This document shows, in pieces, positions 61,221 to 64,000 of a stretch of DNA of 64,000 bases; position 1 is the stretch's first letter; the number at the start of each line of letters is the position of its first letter. The translations under genes and the position numbers were made by a program. The DNA comes from Cyanobacteriota bacterium. Its GTDB lineage: Bacteria > Cyanobacteriota > Cyanobacteriia > Cyanobacteriales > Nostocaceae. Location of the stretch: assembly GCA_046045965.1 (NCBI GenBank), contig JBJOKS010000014.1, positions 1 through 64,000 of the forward strand, written 5' to 3'. The notes beneath the pieces are model-generated. The model saw only the letters and a program-made list of their open reading frames with translations, searched no databases and was not told the origin of the DNA.

Positions 61221-63689
61221 TTATCGTTCTAACGATTGGATAAATAATTCCATATTCTCTTTATCCACCAACATTCCCAATTTATCAAAATCCTGATAAG
61301 CTAACTCTGCAAATTTTTTAGCATCAACAAAATCATAATTAGCTTTCTTTAAATTAGCCATAGAAGCCTTACAATGAGCAATTAAAGATTTATCAAGATT
61401 CTCATCGGACATAGACAAGCATTCTGTTAATAATTTTTCAGCAGCATCTAAATTTTTATTTGCCTTAATGTACAAGTCAGCCACCCATTTCTGATTAAAA
61501 TAAATTGCACGTTTGGAATTAATATTTTCAGCTAAATTGGCGGCTTTTTGAAAACATTTCTCAGCTTTATCTAAATCATGCTGATCACCTCTTTCATAAT
61601 AAATTCTGCCTTCATAATGCCAAATCTTTAACCCTTGACGATCAATATTTTCTGGATTTATATCAACAGATTTATTCAACAGTTCCTTACTTAGCTTCAG
61701 CCATAAAGCAGCTTTGTTGTATTTCTTTTGTTTCCAATAAAAATAAACAATATTAATAGCTAGTTCAATCTCCTGTATATCGTGATATTGCCGAAGTTTC
61801 CAAGCTTTTCTAAAGTATTTTTTTGCTTTTATAAAATTCTCCATTAAAGTGAGAGTCCATGCTTGATCATGGAATAATTCAAATAAATGTGATGAGTAAT
61901 CAGGATTTTGTTCAGATGCTTCTATCAGCCAATCTGTCCATTCTAAACGGTTAAATAGAGAATTAGCACCAGATCCTTGATGATAAGCTGAAGGACGAAT
62001 ATTCCGCCAAAAAGTCAAAGATTCGAGAAATTTTTCATGCTCTTGACACCATGCAATTGCTGTTTGTAAATTATCATATTCAGCAACGAAGTAATCCATA
62101 TACTCATATTCATACCAATCTTTGTGATCCTTTTTTCTGTATCCTTGAGAAAATTCTAAATACCAATTAATCCATCTTTCTCTTGCTTGCTGCTCAAAAA
62201 CAGGATTATTTGTTAATTCAGTAGATACATAATTACGAATTAGAGGTAAAGGAATTTCGTAACGATTTTCATCATACTTAATTAACAAGCGATCTTCTAA
62301 TAATTGCAAATCCTTGTTTATTTTATCATCATCTGTTACGGTAAGTGCAACATAAGCGATCGCATCTCGCAAAGCAGGTTTAGGAAACATCACCAAAGCC
62401 ATTAATAAATCATAAGCAGAAGCAGATTCTTCCTTTAATGATTTTAATAAAAATTCCTCTTTATTTGGCAATTTACTTAAACAATTATCATGCTGCAACT
62501 GATTCAGAGCATCAATAATTAACCCCGGTATCCCACCAATAATATCTTTTATTTGTTGATATTGGTTTGGTGTAAGATTAACACTTAATTCTTGAGCTTT
62601 TTCTGTGATAAAAATTCTCGTGTCTTCTGCTGAGAGAATTTCCAGATGTAAAGGATGACCTAGCTTAGTTCTTCGACGTGATGTAATTAAGATTTTCACA
62701 TTAGAAGGCATTTGTTCAATTAGTGACTTAATATCTTGTTTATCTGCCTCAGTTTCCACATTATCTATAATTAACAGAGTATTGATGTTTTTAAATTTAG
62801 CAATAATCTTTTTTAAGAGTTGCTCTTGATTGGACTCATTAATAATTTTTTTCTTAATTTCCAAAGTAAGTGCAATGTCTTTATAAACATTCTCTAAATT
62901 AGATTCTCGACTCTCACAATGTTGCTGTTGTTTAATAGAAGTAAAAATAAAAGCATCAAACATTGGTAAATCCAAGCTGTGATTACTCTTTCTAGCTTGT
63001 AAAAAACGCAAAGCAGCTTCTTTTACTAGAGTAGTTTTACCAAAACCAGGCAAGGCAGTTATACTAATTATAGGTATATAAGGATTATCAATTAAGTTTA
63101 ATAATTTTGTAACTTCTGTTTCCCTAGCAATAAAATTATTATAATTTTTGACTAAATTACTGTAAATAATATCTTTTCTGCTTTCTGCTAATTCTTGCCA
63201 ATTTGTTAAACCTAAAACATGACAATAAGCTATAAAAGCAAGTTGATTAATGAATAAACCACGTACAAAGCTATTCCAAGTTCTATATGATATTCCCGTA
63301 AAATATATTTTCCTGTCTTCTATTAAATCTTCTATAGTTTTATAGAAAGAAATTTTGCGTTTCTGTTGATTTTGAAAAAGTTTAATCTTTATCAGATTAA
63401 AAAGTCTGGCTCTTTCTGAATTAATCTTGGTTCTATCATCCTTACTTACGTTAACTAGAGGCACAAAATAATATTCAAGTTCGTTATACCATCTTTGATC
63501 ATTTTCTCCCCAATTATTTTCCCTTGCATGTTGTGCCATTAAAAACTTGGAAGCTTCACGGAAAGGTGCATTTTCCATTGTATATTCTCTGTCTTGTCTA
63601 GCCGCTTCAACCTCTTTCCGTTTCCCTTCAAGTACCCTGAAAGTTTCCACTACAAGCATATATAAACCCTGTTCCCTGACCAAGATCAC
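61221..63689 (-). CDS. HTH-like + NB-ARC/STAND NTPase + TPR-like sensor protein
   Basis: FIARE, ALPGFGKT, LLIIDNVET, ILITSRR, GGIPG, C-terminal TPR-like helices; start may be ATG 63659. Confidence 0.83.
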   Translation of the reverse strand: MILVREQGLYMLVVETFRVLEGKRKEVEAARQDREYTMENAPFREASKFLMAQHARENNWGENDQRWYNELEYYFVPLVNVSKDDRTKINSERARLFNLIKIKLFQNQQKRKISFYKTIEDLIEDRKIYFTGISYRTWNSFVRGLFINQLAFIAYCHVLGLTNWQELAESRKDIIYSNLVKNYNNFIARETEVTKLLNLIDNPYIPIISITALPGFGKTTLVKEAALRFLQARKSNHSLDLPMFDAFIFTSIKQQQHCESRESNLENVYKDIALTLEIKKKIINESNQEQLLKKIIAKFKNINTLLIIDNVETEADKQDIKSLIEQMPSNVKILITSRRRTKLGHPLHLEILSAEDTRIFITEKAQELSVNLTPNQYQQIKDIIGGIPGLIIDALNQLQHDNCLSKLPNKEEFLLKSLKEESASAYDLLMALVMFPKPALRDAIAYVALTVTDDDKINKDLQLLEDRLLIKYDENRYEIPLPLIRNYVSTELTNNPVFEQQARERWINWYLEFSQGYRKKDHKDWYEYEYMDYFVAEYDNLQTAIAWCQEHEKFLESLTFWRNIRPSAYHQGSGANSLFNRLEWTDWLIEASEQNPDYSSHLFELFHDQAWTLTLMENFIKAKKYFRKAWKLRQYHDIQEIELAINIVYFYWKQKKYNKAALWLKLSKELLNKSVDINPENIDRQGLKIWHYEGRIYYERGDQHDLDKAEKCFQKAANLAENINSKRAIYFNQKWVADLYIKANKNLDAAEKLLTECLSMSDENLDKSLIAHCKASMANLKKANYDFVDAKKFAELAYQDFDKLGMLVDKENMELFIQSLER

Positions 63690-63781
63690 TTAGTATTCCA
63701 TTTTAACTGATCTTGTTGGCTGCCAAGTCAATTGTGAAAATAAAAACAAGGTGTCTACATATATGTCAGGAGTTTACATTT

Positions 63782-64000
63782 ATGGCTCGTGTGGATTGGA
63801 ATGGTCCGGTTTATCACTCTAAAAACGGGCGTTACTACTGCTATGGTACTGATAGGGATGGTAATAAGCATATTTTAGATGGGGATAGTCAGCGAGATTT
63901 GCAAGTAAATTATCTTGGTGAACTATCACCAGGTGGACTTCATGATCATCACTACACAAAAAACGGTAGGTGGTACACCCAGACACGAGTTGATACTGGA
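63782..64000 (+). CDS. Partial hypothetical protein running off the window end (MARVDWNGPVYHSKNGRYYCYG...)
   Basis: ATG with AGGAG SD ~10 nt upstream, 73 open codons; absent from the ORF track because it has no stop in the window. Confidence 0.65.
   Translation, partial: MARVDWNGPVYHSKNGRYYCYGTDRDGNKHILDGDSQRDLQVNYLGELSPGGLHDHHYTKNGRWYTQTRVDTG

Overview
AT-rich DNA from a filamentous, almost certainly heterocyst-forming cyanobacterium (Nostocales). Evidence: frequent HIP1 octamers GCGATCGC, heptamer STRR tandem repeats, devBCA beside pcyA, and psbP, nblB and ftrC. Most of the window is core genome: devBCA, pcyA, maf, psbP, bioF, ruvA, spp, the 2-oxoglutarate decarboxylase/SSADH pair, a cyaD-type cyclase, ylqF, bioD, prs, typA, ftrC, lptA/B/FG, mfd and nblB. 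Accessory elements: (i) a Panacea (DUF4065) antitoxin-RelE-like toxin pair followed by a kinase-ClpN fusion and a Mesh1-like hydrolase (34.1-37.1 kb); (ii) an orphan CRISPR mini-array with an intact leader/promoter and no cas genes (40.26-40.62 kb); (iii) a cluster of two HTH-STAND NTPases at the right end, one apparently split from its Apaf-1-like WD40/TPR sensor, each head-to-head with a small uncharacterised gene (55.6-64 kb); (iv) many MITE/REP-like elements, including a 136-bp MITE with 18-bp TIRs and a perfect 10-bp target duplication. A canonical NtcA-type promoter lies upstream of devB. All protein calls come from motif recognition by eye; no searches were run.
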